Positions 10,470 to 20,881 of a stretch of DNA of 64,000 bases are shown piece by piece. Below the pieces are notes generated by a model. It was not told the DNA's origin. It ran no database searches and saw only the letters and a program-made list of their open reading frames with translations. Made by a program: the position numbers and the translations under genes. The first letter of the stretch is position 1. Each line of letters opens with the position of its first letter. Origin of the DNA: Candidatus Versatilivorator sp. (GTDB lineage: Bacteria > Acidobacteriota > Terriglobia > Versatilivoradales > Versatilivoraceae); NCBI GenBank assembly GCA_965207735.1, contig OZ242296.1:1792001-1856000 (forward strand), given 5' to 3'.

Positions 10470-10564
10470 GGTGGAACCCAGGGAAACCGTTGTCGTCTGA
10501 AGCCATATTATCCGAGGGATTCGGCAGCCGGTCAAGAGCCCGGATTGGGGACGACCGGAAAGCG

Positions 10565-11525
10565 TGCCTGAAACAAACGAAAAAAGACAAAAGAAAAAGA
10601 CTTATCCACGAAGGGACACGAAGAACGACGAAGGGGCACTAAGGCGCTGAGGTTGGCCGCGACGGGGTACCAAGGTCGCGAAGGGATGGTCGATTTCAGA
10701 TTGTTTCACTCTCGAATGATCCGCACGGCAGGGCGGGGGCCCGGCTTGCCTGAAACAACCGAAAAACGACAAAAGACAAAGAAAAAGACTTATCCACGAA
10801 GGGGCACGAAGAACGACGAAGGGCCACTAAGGCGCTGAGGTTAACCGCGACGGGGTACCAAGGTCGCGAAAGGATTGTCGATTTCTGATTGTTTCACTCT
10901 CGAAAAGGGGGGTCAACGAAGGACACAAGGGACAAAGAGGATTTGTCCGCGAAGAAGCAACAAGGACCGCGGCGGAGCCAGTGGGGGGGCTTCCGACCCC
11001 ATCGTGATTTAAAGAGATCATTAACATCGATGCACGGGATTCACAGGATTCTTCAGGAAATGGCTGGCTTCTAATGCCGGGAATCCGCAAGTCCGCACCG
11101 GATCTTCGCCCGAGTTGGCTTCTGGTGCAGGAAGCTCTCGTCCTGTTAATCCTGTGCATCCATGTTCAATTCTTAGTCCTTCTCGATTGATCTTCCCCGT
11201 GGCGGGCCTTGGCCGTGCCCAACGCCCCGATTCCCAGTCAGCGTCCCGTGCAGCGGCCTCTGGTCCTATTAATCCTGTCTTTTTCCAAAACGCAAACAGC
11301 TGGCTGTTTCTCCTCTGAATGATCCGCACGGCAGGGCGGGGGCCCGGCTTGCCTGAATCAACCGACAAGAGACAAAAGAAAAAGACATTTCCACGAAGGG
11401 ACACGAAGAACAACGAAGGGACACTAAGGCGCTGAGGTTGACCGCGACGGGGTGCCAAGGTCGCGAAGGGTTGATCGATTTCTGATAGTTTCACTCTCGT
11501 ATGATCCGCACGACAGGGCGGGGGC
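10565..11525. repeat. Composite repeat array 2: three tandem ~182-bp units plus a ~400-bp insert
   Basis: Units start at 10565, 10747 and 11350; GTTTC sites at 10703, 10891, 11306 and 11488; shell at 11023-11166. Confidence 0.9.
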
Positions 11526-11616
11526 GACACTTGTTAGCAATTGATAATCCCCGGGCGACTCATTGAGCCGCGAAGCGGCGGCAGCAGGTAGCCGTGGGCG
11601 TGAGCCCATGGAAAGG

Positions 11617-13005
11617 TTAACCCAGCATCTCCGGCGTGATTTCCTTGCCCAGCAGGAAGTGTTTACGGTCCGGATACCACAGGATCTGCTTGCCTCCGGC
11701 ATAACTCATGGCCCCGTAGAAGGACAGCCAGGTTCTGCCACCCTCGGGCCCGCCGTTTCCCGGGCCCACCGCGACGTTTTCGGCATCGCAAAACACCTTG
11801 GGCTGGCTGAACCAGATGGGCTGATGGGCCTTGGGCTGGAACTCCCCGACGGCATAGAACATGGGAGCCCGGCGGGCGCCCATGTCGCCCGGCCCCTTGG
11901 CGCCGTAGCCGGTCCCGTCATGGTTCTGGAAGAAAAGGATGTAGCGGCCGTCCAGGAGCCGGTAAAGCGGGGCCGTATTCTTGGGATGGGGCATGAAGCG
12001 GCCCTGGTCGCGGATGCGCAGCGCTTCCGACTTCCGCCAGACCCGGCCGTCGGAATCTTCCGAAACGGAATACCAGACGTTGCCGGTGATGGTCCGCATG
12101 GCGGCAAACAGCCGCCCATCGGGCAGAAGCACGACCGCCGGCTCCTCGCCCAGGCTGTAGCCGCGGCTGCGGTGGGGCTCGAAGGGACAGGGCACTGAAA
12201 CCGAATCCCCCTCCGGGAGCCAGGTGAGCTTGAGGTCCTTGGGGTGGGGGCCGTCGTCGAGGTTGTCGAATCGAACGAATTCCGACCGGGAGTCGGGGTA
12301 CCATCCGGCGGGGCCGTTGGCCATGGGAAAGCGGCTCAAGCTGCTCCAGCGGGTAAACCCGAGCAGCGTGCGATCCTTGGAATCCCGAATGGATTGCTGC
12401 CAGAAGATCAGGTTTTTCTGCATCTTGGGATCGGGGTGGTCGTACCTGGGACGCCGCCGGACCTCCAGGTCGGCTCCCTCCTGCCAGGTGTGGCCGTCAT
12501 CGTCCGAGTAGATGCAGCGCTGCAGCGAGGTGATGGTGTAGGACATGTCGGTGACGCCCGTGTGCTTGTTGAACAGCAGGTAGATGCGACCGCTGCGGCT
12601 CACCAGCGGAACGGCAAAGGCCGCCGTAAACCCCGGGTGGTCGGTGGGGCCGACAATGGTTTCCGGTGCAGTCCAGGTCACCCCGCCGTCCTGGCTCCGC
12701 GAGGCCACGGTACGGTAGTCGCGGGACATCTCGTAGGCTCCCTGGCTCCAGGTCGCCAGCAGGTCCCCCTTGGGGGTCTCCACCACGACGAGATGCTCGT
12801 TGTCCCCATCGTCTGCGAGCGGTTCCGGAGGCAGGTAGAGCACATAGTCAGGCTGGGTGCGCTTCCACTCGTCGGTATAGCAGCGTTGCTGCCCGGCCCC
12901 GGCTCCCGAGCCGGACTCTTTGCTCCAGGAGACCCCTGGACTTGCGGCGCCCCCGGCCATCACCGGCACCGCGGCCAACGACTTGATGAGCTCTCGTCGA
13001 TTCAT
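11617..13005 (-). CDS. Sialidase/BNR-repeat family protein, Tat-exported
   Basis: MNRRELI signal; Asp-boxes SQDGGVTW and SDDDGHTW; EPAVVLLPDGRL. Confidence 0.8.
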   Translation of the reverse strand: MNRRELIKSLAAVPVMAGGAASPGVSWSKESGSGAGAGQQRCYTDEWKRTQPDYVLYLPPEPLADDGDNEHLVVVETPKGDLLATWSQGAYEMSRDYRTVASRSQDGGVTWTAPETIVGPTDHPGFTAAFAVPLVSRSGRIYLLFNKHTGVTDMSYTITSLQRCIYSDDDGHTWQEGADLEVRRRPRYDHPDPKMQKNLIFWQQSIRDSKDRTLLGFTRWSSLSRFPMANGPAGWYPDSRSEFVRFDNLDDGPHPKDLKLTWLPEGDSVSVPCPFEPHRSRGYSLGEEPAVVLLPDGRLFAAMRTITGNVWYSVSEDSDGRVWRKSEALRIRDQGRFMPHPKNTAPLYRLLDGRYILFFQNHDGTGYGAKGPGDMGARRAPMFYAVGEFQPKAHQPIWFSQPKVFCDAENVAVGPGNGGPEGGRTWLSFYGAMSYAGGKQILWYPDRKHFLLGKEITPEMLG

Positions 13006-13203
13006 CCTCTTCCTCCCACCGGTTCCCCAAGATTTGTCACTGCTATAAATGCCTCATCCACCCTTTCGGCCCGCCCTGCCAGCCGCCGGCGTTCAGAAAG
13101 TATAGTCCAATCGCGGGGCTCCCTGCACTGCTTTGATTCCAATTGGAGCCGGAGGCCAGCGACCGGTGAATATGGGGCTCATCTAGTGTCCTGTGACAGA
13201 ACA

Positions 13204-13632
13204 CTAGGTCAACGGATTCTTCCAACGCAACTCATCAAATCGGCCGAAATCCAAATCGTTGGAAAAGAGCGTGTAGCCGTGCTCGATGGCATAGGCTGCC
13301 AGGTGAGCGTCCGTGGTCAGTCCAGATCCGCCCGGAACCGATCGAAGCAACCCGGACAGAATGGGCCAATGGCGACCCGTGGGTGCAAGCAATCTGACAT
13401 TGGGCTGTGCGAGCCAGCTCTCTGCAATATCCAGCGCTTCGCCCACATCGAGGGGGGAATTAAAAACGCGACGGTTAGTGGTGAGGCGGACAAAACCCAG
13501 CAGGCTGGCGTAACACAGCCCAACCGGTTGGTCCGACGAAAGAACTCCTTCCCACCAGCGGCGCGCTCGGGCATGGAATGGACTGGCCGCGTCCACCGCA
13601 TAAACCAGAAGATTGACATCGGGAAGAATCAT
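13204..13632 (-). CDS. vapC: VapC PIN-domain toxin
   Basis: MILPDVNLLVYA, TDAHLAAYAIEHG, SNDLDFGRF. Confidence 0.92.
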   Translation of the reverse strand: MILPDVNLLVYAVDAASPFHARARRWWEGVLSSDQPVGLCYASLLGFVRLTTNRRVFNSPLDVGEALDIAESWLAQPNVRLLAPTGRHWPILSGLLRSVPGGSGLTTDAHLAAYAIEHGYTLFSNDLDFGRFDELRWKNPLT

Positions 13633-13640
13633 TGGCGCGG

Positions 13641-13898
13641 CTAATCCTCCCGTTCCCAGCGCTCCTCAGTCTCAAGCTCGTCAACCAGCTGGTTAAGCTT
13701 CACCGGGTCAAATCCCGGCCGCAGGCCCAATTTGCGCACCCTTGTGCGATACTTCTTCGCCTGCGGACGCTCCTGCCGGCTTTGCAGCCCCTCCCGCAAA
13801 AGGGAATTTATGACGCGCTTCAGCGAGTAACCATGGCGCCGCCGCTTTTCTTGGATTTGGGCTGCGAGATCATCGTCAATGGTGAGTGTAGTACGCAT
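13641..13898 (-). CDS. vapB: VapB-like RHH antitoxin
   Basis: MRTTLTIDDDL...SLKRVINSLLREGL, directly upstream of vapC. Confidence 0.85.
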   Translation of the reverse strand: MRTTLTIDDDLAAQIQEKRRRHGYSLKRVINSLLREGLQSRQERPQAKKYRTRVRKLGLRPGFDPVKLNQLVDELETEERWERED

Positions 13899-13940
13899 CA
13901 CTGCATCATATAGAATGTGATATTTGATGTCAATGATGTC
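13895..13940 (-). promoter_or_regulatory. Probable TA autorepression operator
   Basis: CATCA..CATCA / TGATG..TGATG inverted motifs over the AT-rich vapB promoter region. Confidence 0.5.
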
Positions 13941-14143
13941 ATTCCTGGTATGCATCCAGTTGCCGGATCAACGGGCTTGCTCGAGATCTTTGCCTCAGAC
14001 TCTCCTGTCTTCCCGGCCCAGATCCCCCCAAAAGCCGGTTGAGACCCATGGTTCGAGGCGGTACACTATCGGCCCCGGACACGCCTGGGGATTCTGTCCT
14101 GACACAGCCCCGGCCGTCTTGCTCCACCGAAAGGAATTTCGAC

Positions 14144-15112
14144 ATGGGATCTCGCATACTGCTGGTTCTCTCCGCGTGCCTGCTCCTGACAGGCGCCGCC
14201 GCCTGCCGAAGCCCGCAGCCTCCTTCCGAATGGTCCTTCGGCATCATCGGAGACCTGCCCTACGCACCGATGGAGGAACCGCAGTTTGAAAACCTCATCG
14301 ACGCCATGAACCGGGAGGACCTGGCCTTTGTGATTCACGTGGGCGACTTCAAGGGACAGAACGATCCCTGCGGTGACGACATCTACAAACACCGCCTGGA
14401 GCAGTTCAACCGCTTCAGTCATCCCTTCATCTTCGTCCCCGGCGACAACGAATGGACCGACTGCCACAAACCGGAAACGCCTTCCGATCCCCTGGAGCGT
14501 TTGGCCTTCCTTCGCAAGGTCCTCTATCCCACCGACCGGACCCTGGGGCAGACCAGTTTTGAGCTGGAACGTCAAAGCAGCTCGCCCGCCTTTGCCAGCT
14601 TCAGGGAGAACAGCCGCTGGAACCGGTCAGGCGTCCTCTTCGCCACCCTGCACGTGGTGGGAAGCAATGACGGATTCGGCCGCTGGCCGGAGGGAGACCG
14701 GGAGCATGCCCAGCGCCGGGCCGCCAACCGGGCCTGGATGGAGGCCGCCTTCCGCCTGGCCGCCGCGGACCGCTATCGGGCGCTGATGCTGGTTATCCAC
14801 GGCAACCCCCGCTTCGACCTGCCCCCGGGAGATTCGCGGCGCTCCGGCTTCGAGGATTTTCTAGGCTCCCTGGAGGCCGAAATGCTGGCCTTTTCCAAGC
14901 CGGTGGTCCTGGTGCATGGAGACACCCACTACTTCAGAATCGACAAACCCCTGCGGAACTCCGAGACCCGCCGCCGAATCGTCCACCTCACCCGGGTGGA
15001 ATCCTTCGGGGTTCCCGATGTCCACTGGCTGCGGGCGACGGTTCAGGAAGCCAACCCCAACGTCTTCGTCTTCGATCCGGTGTTGCTGTCGACCGATCGG
15101 GAGGAACCATGA
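14144..15112 (+). CDS. Metallophosphoesterase-family lipoprotein
   Basis: Lipobox AAAC; GDLPY, HVGD, PGDNEW, VHGDTH. Confidence 0.8.
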   Translation: MGSRILLVLSACLLLTGAAACRSPQPPSEWSFGIIGDLPYAPMEEPQFENLIDAMNREDLAFVIHVGDFKGQNDPCGDDIYKHRLEQFNRFSHPFIFVPGDNEWTDCHKPETPSDPLERLAFLRKVLYPTDRTLGQTSFELERQSSSPAFASFRENSRWNRSGVLFATLHVVGSNDGFGRWPEGDREHAQRRAANRAWMEAAFRLAAADRYRALMLVIHGNPRFDLPPGDSRRSGFEDFLGSLEAEMLAFSKPVVLVHGDTHYFRIDKPLRNSETRRRIVHLTRVESFGVPDVHWLRATVQEANPNVFVFDPVLLSTDREEP

Positions 15113-16518
15113 GTTCGGCGGACATCGGTTACGCCAGCCTGACGCAACAGGCAGAGTGGATCCGCACCAAAGCGCTTTCGCCGGTTGAGATCCTGGAGGC
15201 CCACCTGCAACGGATACAATCTCTCAACCCCTCGCTGAGAGCCATTGTCACCCTGGCGGATGGAAGCCGGGGGCGTGCCCGCCAGGCCGAAGCCGCCCTG
15301 ATGAGGGGCGAGCTGTCGGGACCCCTGCACGGTGTCCCCTTCACCGCCAAGGACTGTTTCGACACTGCCGGAGTCCGAACCACCCGCGGATCGAAATTGT
15401 TCGAGAGCCGCGTTCCTGCCGAGGACGCCACCGCTGTACGCCGCCTCAAGCAGGCCGGAGCTATCCTGTTGGGCAAAACCAATCTCCCCGAATTCGCTCT
15501 GTGGTCCGAGACCTCCAACGAGGTGTTCGGCCAGACCGTGAATCCGTGGAACGCCGACAGGACAGCCGGAGGCTCCAGCGGCGGCGAGGTGGCCGCGGTT
15601 GCTGCTGGATTGTCGCCGCTCGGAATCGGCACCGACCTGGGAGGCTCCAACCGGCTGCCCTCTCACTACTGCGGCATCGTGGGCTTCAAGCCCACTCAGG
15701 GCCGCATTCCCATCACCGGCCAGTTCCCGGAGGTGATGTCCCGCCATCTGCACGTGGGTCCCCTGACCCGCACCGTCCGGGACGCTGCCCTGGCGCTTTC
15801 GGTGCTGCTGGGACCCGATGGTCGCGACCCCTACGCCGTTCCGGTTCCGGCGCCCGACCGCATACCCTGGGACGCACCGTTGCCGCCGCTGAAGATCGGG
15901 TATTTTCCCGAGGGCCCCTTCGCACCCGTGGCCACGACCATTCAAGAGACCGTTACCCGGGCAGCCGGCAAGCTGGAGGAGCTGGGGTGCCGGCTGCAGC
16001 TTGTGGCCCTGGAAAGGTGGAAGCGATCCAAGCCCATCGAGATGGTAATGACACTGCTGGTGGCCGAGGCCGCTCACTACTTCGAGCCGGTCGTGGCCGG
16101 CAGGAAGGACCGGTTGGCGCCCTCGGTGCAACGGCTGCTGGATACTCCCCCGCCCGCTATCGCCGACTACGTGGCGGCCCTGGCCGGTTGCGAGCAGCTT
16201 CGGGTCGACCTGATGCAGCACTTCTCCAACCATGACCTGCTGCTGCTGCCGACGGCTCCGGTCACGGCCCACCCCCACGACGCCGTCAGCCTGGAGGTGG
16301 ACGGCCAGACGGTCCCGGCCGCTCACGCGGCCGCGATAACCCCGGCCTTCGGGATCACCGGTTCACCGGCAATCTCGGTCCCCTTCGGACTGAGCCCGGA
16401 CGGCCTCCCCATCGGAGTCCAACTGGTGGCCCGCCATTTCGAGGAAGCCACCCTCCTTCGCGCGGCAGCGGCCCTGGAATCGGCCGCTTCCCTGAAGACC
16501 CGCCGGCCTCCACTCTGA
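15109..16518 (+). CDS. Amidase (amidase signature family)
   Basis: LHGVPFTAKD, GGSSGG, GTDLGGSNRLP. Confidence 0.9.
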   Translation: MSSADIGYASLTQQAEWIRTKALSPVEILEAHLQRIQSLNPSLRAIVTLADGSRGRARQAEAALMRGELSGPLHGVPFTAKDCFDTAGVRTTRGSKLFESRVPAEDATAVRRLKQAGAILLGKTNLPEFALWSETSNEVFGQTVNPWNADRTAGGSSGGEVAAVAAGLSPLGIGTDLGGSNRLPSHYCGIVGFKPTQGRIPITGQFPEVMSRHLHVGPLTRTVRDAALALSVLLGPDGRDPYAVPVPAPDRIPWDAPLPPLKIGYFPEGPFAPVATTIQETVTRAAGKLEELGCRLQLVALERWKRSKPIEMVMTLLVAEAAHYFEPVVAGRKDRLAPSVQRLLDTPPPAIADYVAALAGCEQLRVDLMQHFSNHDLLLLPTAPVTAHPHDAVSLEVDGQTVPAAHAAAITPAFGITGSPAISVPFGLSPDGLPIGVQLVARHFEEATLLRAAAALESAASLKTRRPPL

Positions 16519-16530
16519 AGAGGCATCCCG

Positions 16531-17457
16531 ATGAAGCCCATCCTGGTGATCGGAAGTCTGAACATGGACTTCGTGGTTCAGACCGAAACACTCCCCCTGC
16601 CCGGAGAAACCATCAAGGGAAGGGATTTCAGCATGATCCCCGGCGGCAAGGGGGCCAACCAGGCCGTGGCTGCCGCCAGGCAGGGCGGACGCGTCCGCAT
16701 GGTGGGCCGGGTGGGACAAGACGAGTTCGGCCGCACCCTGACCGAGGGGCTCGCCTCCGCCGGCGTCGACGCAGGCCAGGTGCGGGCCACTGCCGGGGTG
16801 GCCACCGGCGTGGCCCTCATTCTGGTGGAGCGGGAGGGACAGAACCAGATCACCATTGCCGGCGGCGCCAACGACCGCCTGGAGGCCACCGATCTGGAAC
16901 CGGCTTTCCAGGACTTCATTGGGGGTATCGTTCTGCTGCAACTGGAGTCGCCCCTGCGGACGGTCGAGGCCGCCGCTCGACTGGCCCGGCAGCGAGAGGG
17001 AAAGACTATTCTGGATCCCGCTCCGGCAGCCGCCCTGCCCCCGACCCTGTTACGCAACCTGGATTTCCTGACTCCCAACGAGACCGAGGCGCTATTGCTG
17101 CTGGGAGAGCCGCCCGGAGAGATTCGCCTGGAGGATGCCCCCTCCCTGGGCCGCCGCCTGCTGGATCTGGGGCCGGCCACGGTGGTTCTCAAACTGGGAG
17201 ACAAGGGCGCCTGGGTGGTCAACCGAGACCTGAGCCGCCACTTTCCGGCCTATTCGGTCGAGGCGGCCGACGCCACCGCCGCCGGAGATACCTTCAACGG
17301 CGCCCTGGCGGCCAGCCTGGCCGAGGGAGGATCCCTGCCCCAGGCCATCGGCTTCGCCAATGCCGCCGCCGCCCTCTCGGTGACCCTGCCGGGAGCGCAA
17401 GCCTCCATTCCTTCCCGCAGCCAGGTCGATCGCTTCCTGGGCGAGCATCGAGGCTGA
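16531..17457 (+). CDS. rbsK: Ribokinase
   Basis: GSLNMD, PGGKGANQA, TPNETE, DATAAGDTF. Confidence 0.9.
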   Translation: MKPILVIGSLNMDFVVQTETLPLPGETIKGRDFSMIPGGKGANQAVAAARQGGRVRMVGRVGQDEFGRTLTEGLASAGVDAGQVRATAGVATGVALILVEREGQNQITIAGGANDRLEATDLEPAFQDFIGGIVLLQLESPLRTVEAAARLARQREGKTILDPAPAAALPPTLLRNLDFLTPNETEALLLLGEPPGEIRLEDAPSLGRRLLDLGPATVVLKLGDKGAWVVNRDLSRHFPAYSVEAADATAAGDTFNGALAASLAEGGSLPQAIGFANAAAALSVTLPGAQASIPSRSQVDRFLGEHRG

Positions 17458-17579
17458 CGGCTGCTCATCCGCCGGCCACGTCGCTTGCGGCAGCGCCGAA
17501 TTCACCCCACCCCCAAAGCTACGCCGGCGTCCGCCCCCTACCGCAACCGACGCACGCCGGCGGTTACCGCCACGGCGCA

Positions 17580-17965
17580 CAAGACCTTCGCCTGACGGCT
17601 TGGCTTGTGCGAACCCCCCACAGCATCAGCCTTCGCCATCCAGCGCTGCCGTTCGGAGGCGCCGCGAATGCCCCCCACCGCATCAGCCTTCGCCATTCGG
17701 CTCGGCTTCTGCGACTCCCCCTCAAGGGGGGAGTGATAGGTACAAACCGGTAACATCCTTTACATAATAAACCGGGAACATGGTTTACACCCCGCCCGGG
17801 AATCGAGCAAGGCGCCCCATGCAAGCCTCAAGTATCACTCCCCCCTTGAGGGGGAGTCGGAGAGACAAGGGCTCCGCCCGCAGTCGATCCGGAGGGGGGC
17901 ATTCGCGGCGTCGCGAGGGGGCCCGCCCGCAGTCGAGACGGAGGGGGGCCAACGCGGCGCCCCGT
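17580..17965. repeat. REP-like palindromic doublet element
   Basis: Perfect 27-bp inverted pair at 17712-17738 and 17833-17859, each arm itself a hairpin; flanking direct repeats. Confidence 0.8.
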
Positions 17966-18159
17966 AAGTGAATACCACCCGTCAGGGCAAGTGCGCCAAG
18001 GCAGCGTCCGCGTGGCGCAAGCCTCACAATCATGCTGAACATCTACCTCGCCCGGGGCTGCTATACTATCGCTATCGGACATTGGAAACGTGGGGACGCA
18101 AAGCCGGCGGCGTTGCCGGCGTTCATGAGGTGCGGACCCGGTTCCGGGGTCGATCTCTC

Positions 18160-20040
18160 ATGAACCCTCATCGCCGTCTCTTGCCTGCCATTGCCGGACT
18201 AGTACTGGCTCTGGGCGGAGTCCCGTCGACGGCCCAGACCGTCCCGGAATACCAGCAGCAGGCGGAGCAGCTGCGCCAATACCACCAGGTCGAGGAGGCC
18301 ATCGGGGTGCTCCAGGACGGTTTGGAGAGGCACCCCGGCGAGCCCCGTCTGCTCCTTCCCCTGAGCCTGCTCCTGGTCGAATCCGGGAGAGCGGGCGAAG
18401 CCGAGGAGCATCTTCAGCAGGTCTTGTCGTTGCAGCCGCTGGACCCTGAAACCCACCGCAGCCTGGGGGAGGCCTATCTGCGGCAGGGCCGGCTTCCCCA
18501 GGCAATCCGCCACTTTCAACAATCCATCCGGCTCAGGAACAGCGACGAGAGGGTCCACTATCGCCTGGCCTTCCTTTTCCTGATCCAGGAACGTCTGGAT
18601 CTGGCAGTAGAACACACCCGTCGCGCCATCGAGATCGACCCCGGCGAGCCCCGATTTCGCGTGCTCTATTCCATGCTGCTGGGAATCCAGGGACACGAGG
18701 AAGACTCCTATGAGCAACTCAGGATCGCCCGCCGGTTGGCCCCCGCCGATGCGTCCATCCTCTTCCGGCTGAGTGAGAAGGAGCGTGCCGCCGGCCGCAC
18801 CGCCGCCGCCCTGGAATCGCTGAAGCTGGCTTCCGGGGTGGACCCCGAGAACCCCCTCTATCACTCCGAGCTGGCCCACCTCCACGGCCAACTGGGGCAG
18901 GATCGGGAGGCGGCCGAAGCCGCCCGCAAGGCGGGGCAGCTCTACCAGGCCTTCGAGGATTACATCGAGGCCCTGAATCTGATGGGCCGGGGGAAGACTC
19001 TCCAGGCTCTGCCTCTTCTGGAGCCGGCCGTGCAACGCCACCCGGAATTCACCAGCGGCAGCCTCTTGCTGGCAGACGCCTATCAGCGGCTGAAACGGCC
19101 GCAACCCGCCCTGCAGCTCTACCTCCAAATCCTGGAAAGGGATCCCTCCAATACCAAGGCCATGCAGGAGGCCACCTGGATCCTGGCCGGCCGGTCCGAC
19201 TTCGGCTCGGCCCTGCGCATCCTGGCCGAGGTTCCCCAGGCCCATCTCAACCAGTCGCTGATCGAAGCCTACTGGAAACAGGATCAGCAACAGCCTGCCG
19301 CCGCCCTGGAGCGGTTTCGCCAAGTGGAAAGCAGGAATCCGTTGAACCCGGGCCTGTTGCAATGGATCAGCTACTGTCTCTACACCCAGGGCCAGAAAGA
19401 GGAAGCCCTGAGAGTTCTGAGGAAGGTAGCCGACCTTCGACCGGAAGACGCCGGTGTCGAGCGGAGAATCGGGGAGATCGAGCTGGAAGGCCGCCGCGAG
19501 ACGGCGTTCGGCCACATGGAGACCAAGAACTGGGAGGCTGCGCTGGCAGCCTTCCGCGACCTGGCCGGGGAGACCGAAACCGGCGAGCGCCGGGCCTCCT
19601 ATCAGCTCCACCTCGCCTACTGCCATCAGCAGCTGGGCCAGCTGCGCCAGGCGGCCCGGGCCTACACCAGCGGCCTGCGGTCCCACCCGGGAGCGCATTG
19701 GGCCCGGCTGAACCTGGCCTCGACGCTCTACCGGCTCTCCCGCTTCCGGGAGGCCGTCGAACAGTGGGAACGACTTCCCGCCCCCTCCAAGACCGCCCCG
19801 ATCTATTTCCAGTTGGGAATCTGCTACCTCCACCTGGACCGCTACGACCGGGCCGAGACGGCGTTCCGCCGGTCGCTGGAGAAAGGCAACCGCTCCCCCC
19901 AACTGCTCTACAACCTGGGAACCACCCTGCTGCGAAGTTTCAAGACCCCCGAGGGCTGGGCTCTGATTAGACGTTCAGCCGCCGCCAACTATCCGCCCGC
20001 CCTTGCCCTTCTCAGACGGGCCGGCCTGACCGGGCGCTAG
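18160..20040 (+). CDS. Secreted tetratricopeptide-repeat protein
   Basis: Signal peptide; repeated A...L...P / LG..Y...G helical TPR pattern. Confidence 0.85.
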   Translation: MNPHRRLLPAIAGLVLALGGVPSTAQTVPEYQQQAEQLRQYHQVEEAIGVLQDGLERHPGEPRLLLPLSLLLVESGRAGEAEEHLQQVLSLQPLDPETHRSLGEAYLRQGRLPQAIRHFQQSIRLRNSDERVHYRLAFLFLIQERLDLAVEHTRRAIEIDPGEPRFRVLYSMLLGIQGHEEDSYEQLRIARRLAPADASILFRLSEKERAAGRTAAALESLKLASGVDPENPLYHSELAHLHGQLGQDREAAEAARKAGQLYQAFEDYIEALNLMGRGKTLQALPLLEPAVQRHPEFTSGSLLLADAYQRLKRPQPALQLYLQILERDPSNTKAMQEATWILAGRSDFGSALRILAEVPQAHLNQSLIEAYWKQDQQQPAAALERFRQVESRNPLNPGLLQWISYCLYTQGQKEEALRVLRKVADLRPEDAGVERRIGEIELEGRRETAFGHMETKNWEAALAAFRDLAGETETGERRASYQLHLAYCHQQLGQLRQAARAYTSGLRSHPGAHWARLNLASTLYRLSRFREAVEQWERLPAPSKTAPIYFQLGICYLHLDRYDRAETAFRRSLEKGNRSPQLLYNLGTTLLRSFKTPEGWALIRRSAAANYPPALALLRRAGLTGR

Positions 20041-20101
20041 CGAGTCCGTGCCTCAAACCGAAAAGCCAAAATAAAGACCTCCACGAAGGGACACGAAAAA
20101 C

Positions 20102-20881
20102 ATGGAGAATATAGCCATGCCGCCGGTGGAAATACGCACCACCCAAACCATCCTGTCTCTGGATGCCGAGGGCCGGGACCGAGCCGCCCTCTGGTTTCCG
20201 GAATTGGTCGAGATCGGGGACACCGGAGAACGACCGGTATTCTTCGACGGTCCGTCCCCCTGCCCCGCCTGGCAATCCCGGGACGGCTCGACCCTGGGTT
20301 ACACGGTCGAGATCCCGGGTAGTCTGGCCATCGACGCCAGCATCCGGTCACACCCGCCCGGATTCGACCTCAGCCTCGAGCTCACCAACGCAAGCCCGCG
20401 GGACTGGAAGCAGGTGATTGCCGCCGTTTGCCTGCAACTGACGCCGGCAGCCTCCTTTCTGGATCTGACCAGGGAACGGACCGGCTGCGTTTGCGGCGGA
20501 CGGGTGCGGTCCTTCGCCGAAATGAAGACCATCGGAGGGCGCCCCGTTTACCTGTTTTCATTCGTCCGCGACCACACCCCCCAGAAGCTGCACGGGGACC
20601 CCACCCGACCCGGAGCCAAGTGGAGCCACACGGTCGAGCACCCCGACGACGGATTCCTGTGGGTAAGCGCCGCCGGTTCCAACCGGACGCTCTGGATGGG
20701 TTGGGACGACAGCCAGTTCCTTCAGAGCAACATCACCCCCGCCTACGGATGTGTCCACTCCAATCCCTTCTTCGGCGATCTGGCTTCAGGAGAATCGGTT
20801 CGCAGGAGAGGCCGGATCGCCGTGCTGGACGGCAGCCCCAAGGAGGCCCACCGGGACTTTCTGAGAGAGTTCGGCGGGTAG
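20102..20881 (+). CDS. Hypothetical protein
   Basis: 259-aa ORF filling the gap, with natural composition; family not recognised. Confidence 0.6.
   Translation: MENIAMPPVEIRTTQTILSLDAEGRDRAALWFPELVEIGDTGERPVFFDGPSPCPAWQSRDGSTLGYTVEIPGSLAIDASIRSHPPGFDLSLELTNASPRDWKQVIAAVCLQLTPAASFLDLTRERTGCVCGGRVRSFAEMKTIGGRPVYLFSFVRDHTPQKLHGDPTRPGAKWSHTVEHPDDGFLWVSAAGSNRTLWMGWDDSQFLQSNITPAYGCVHSNPFFGDLASGESVRRRGRIAVLDGSPKEAHRDFLREFGG

Noticed and set aside
10602-10610. DnaA boxes/oriC from TTATCCACG in the repeat units
   Set aside because: Consistent mismatch at the last base, part of the dispersed repeat, and no oriC gene context
10703-11525. CRISPR array (GTTTCA...TGAAAC ends)
   Set aside because: The repeat is about 54 nt and divergent, the intervening sequences are 130-430 nt and homologous to each other, and there are no cas genes in the window
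10565-11525. Integron attC sites
   Set aside because: No RYYYAAC/GTTRRRY ends, no cassette ORFs and no IntI
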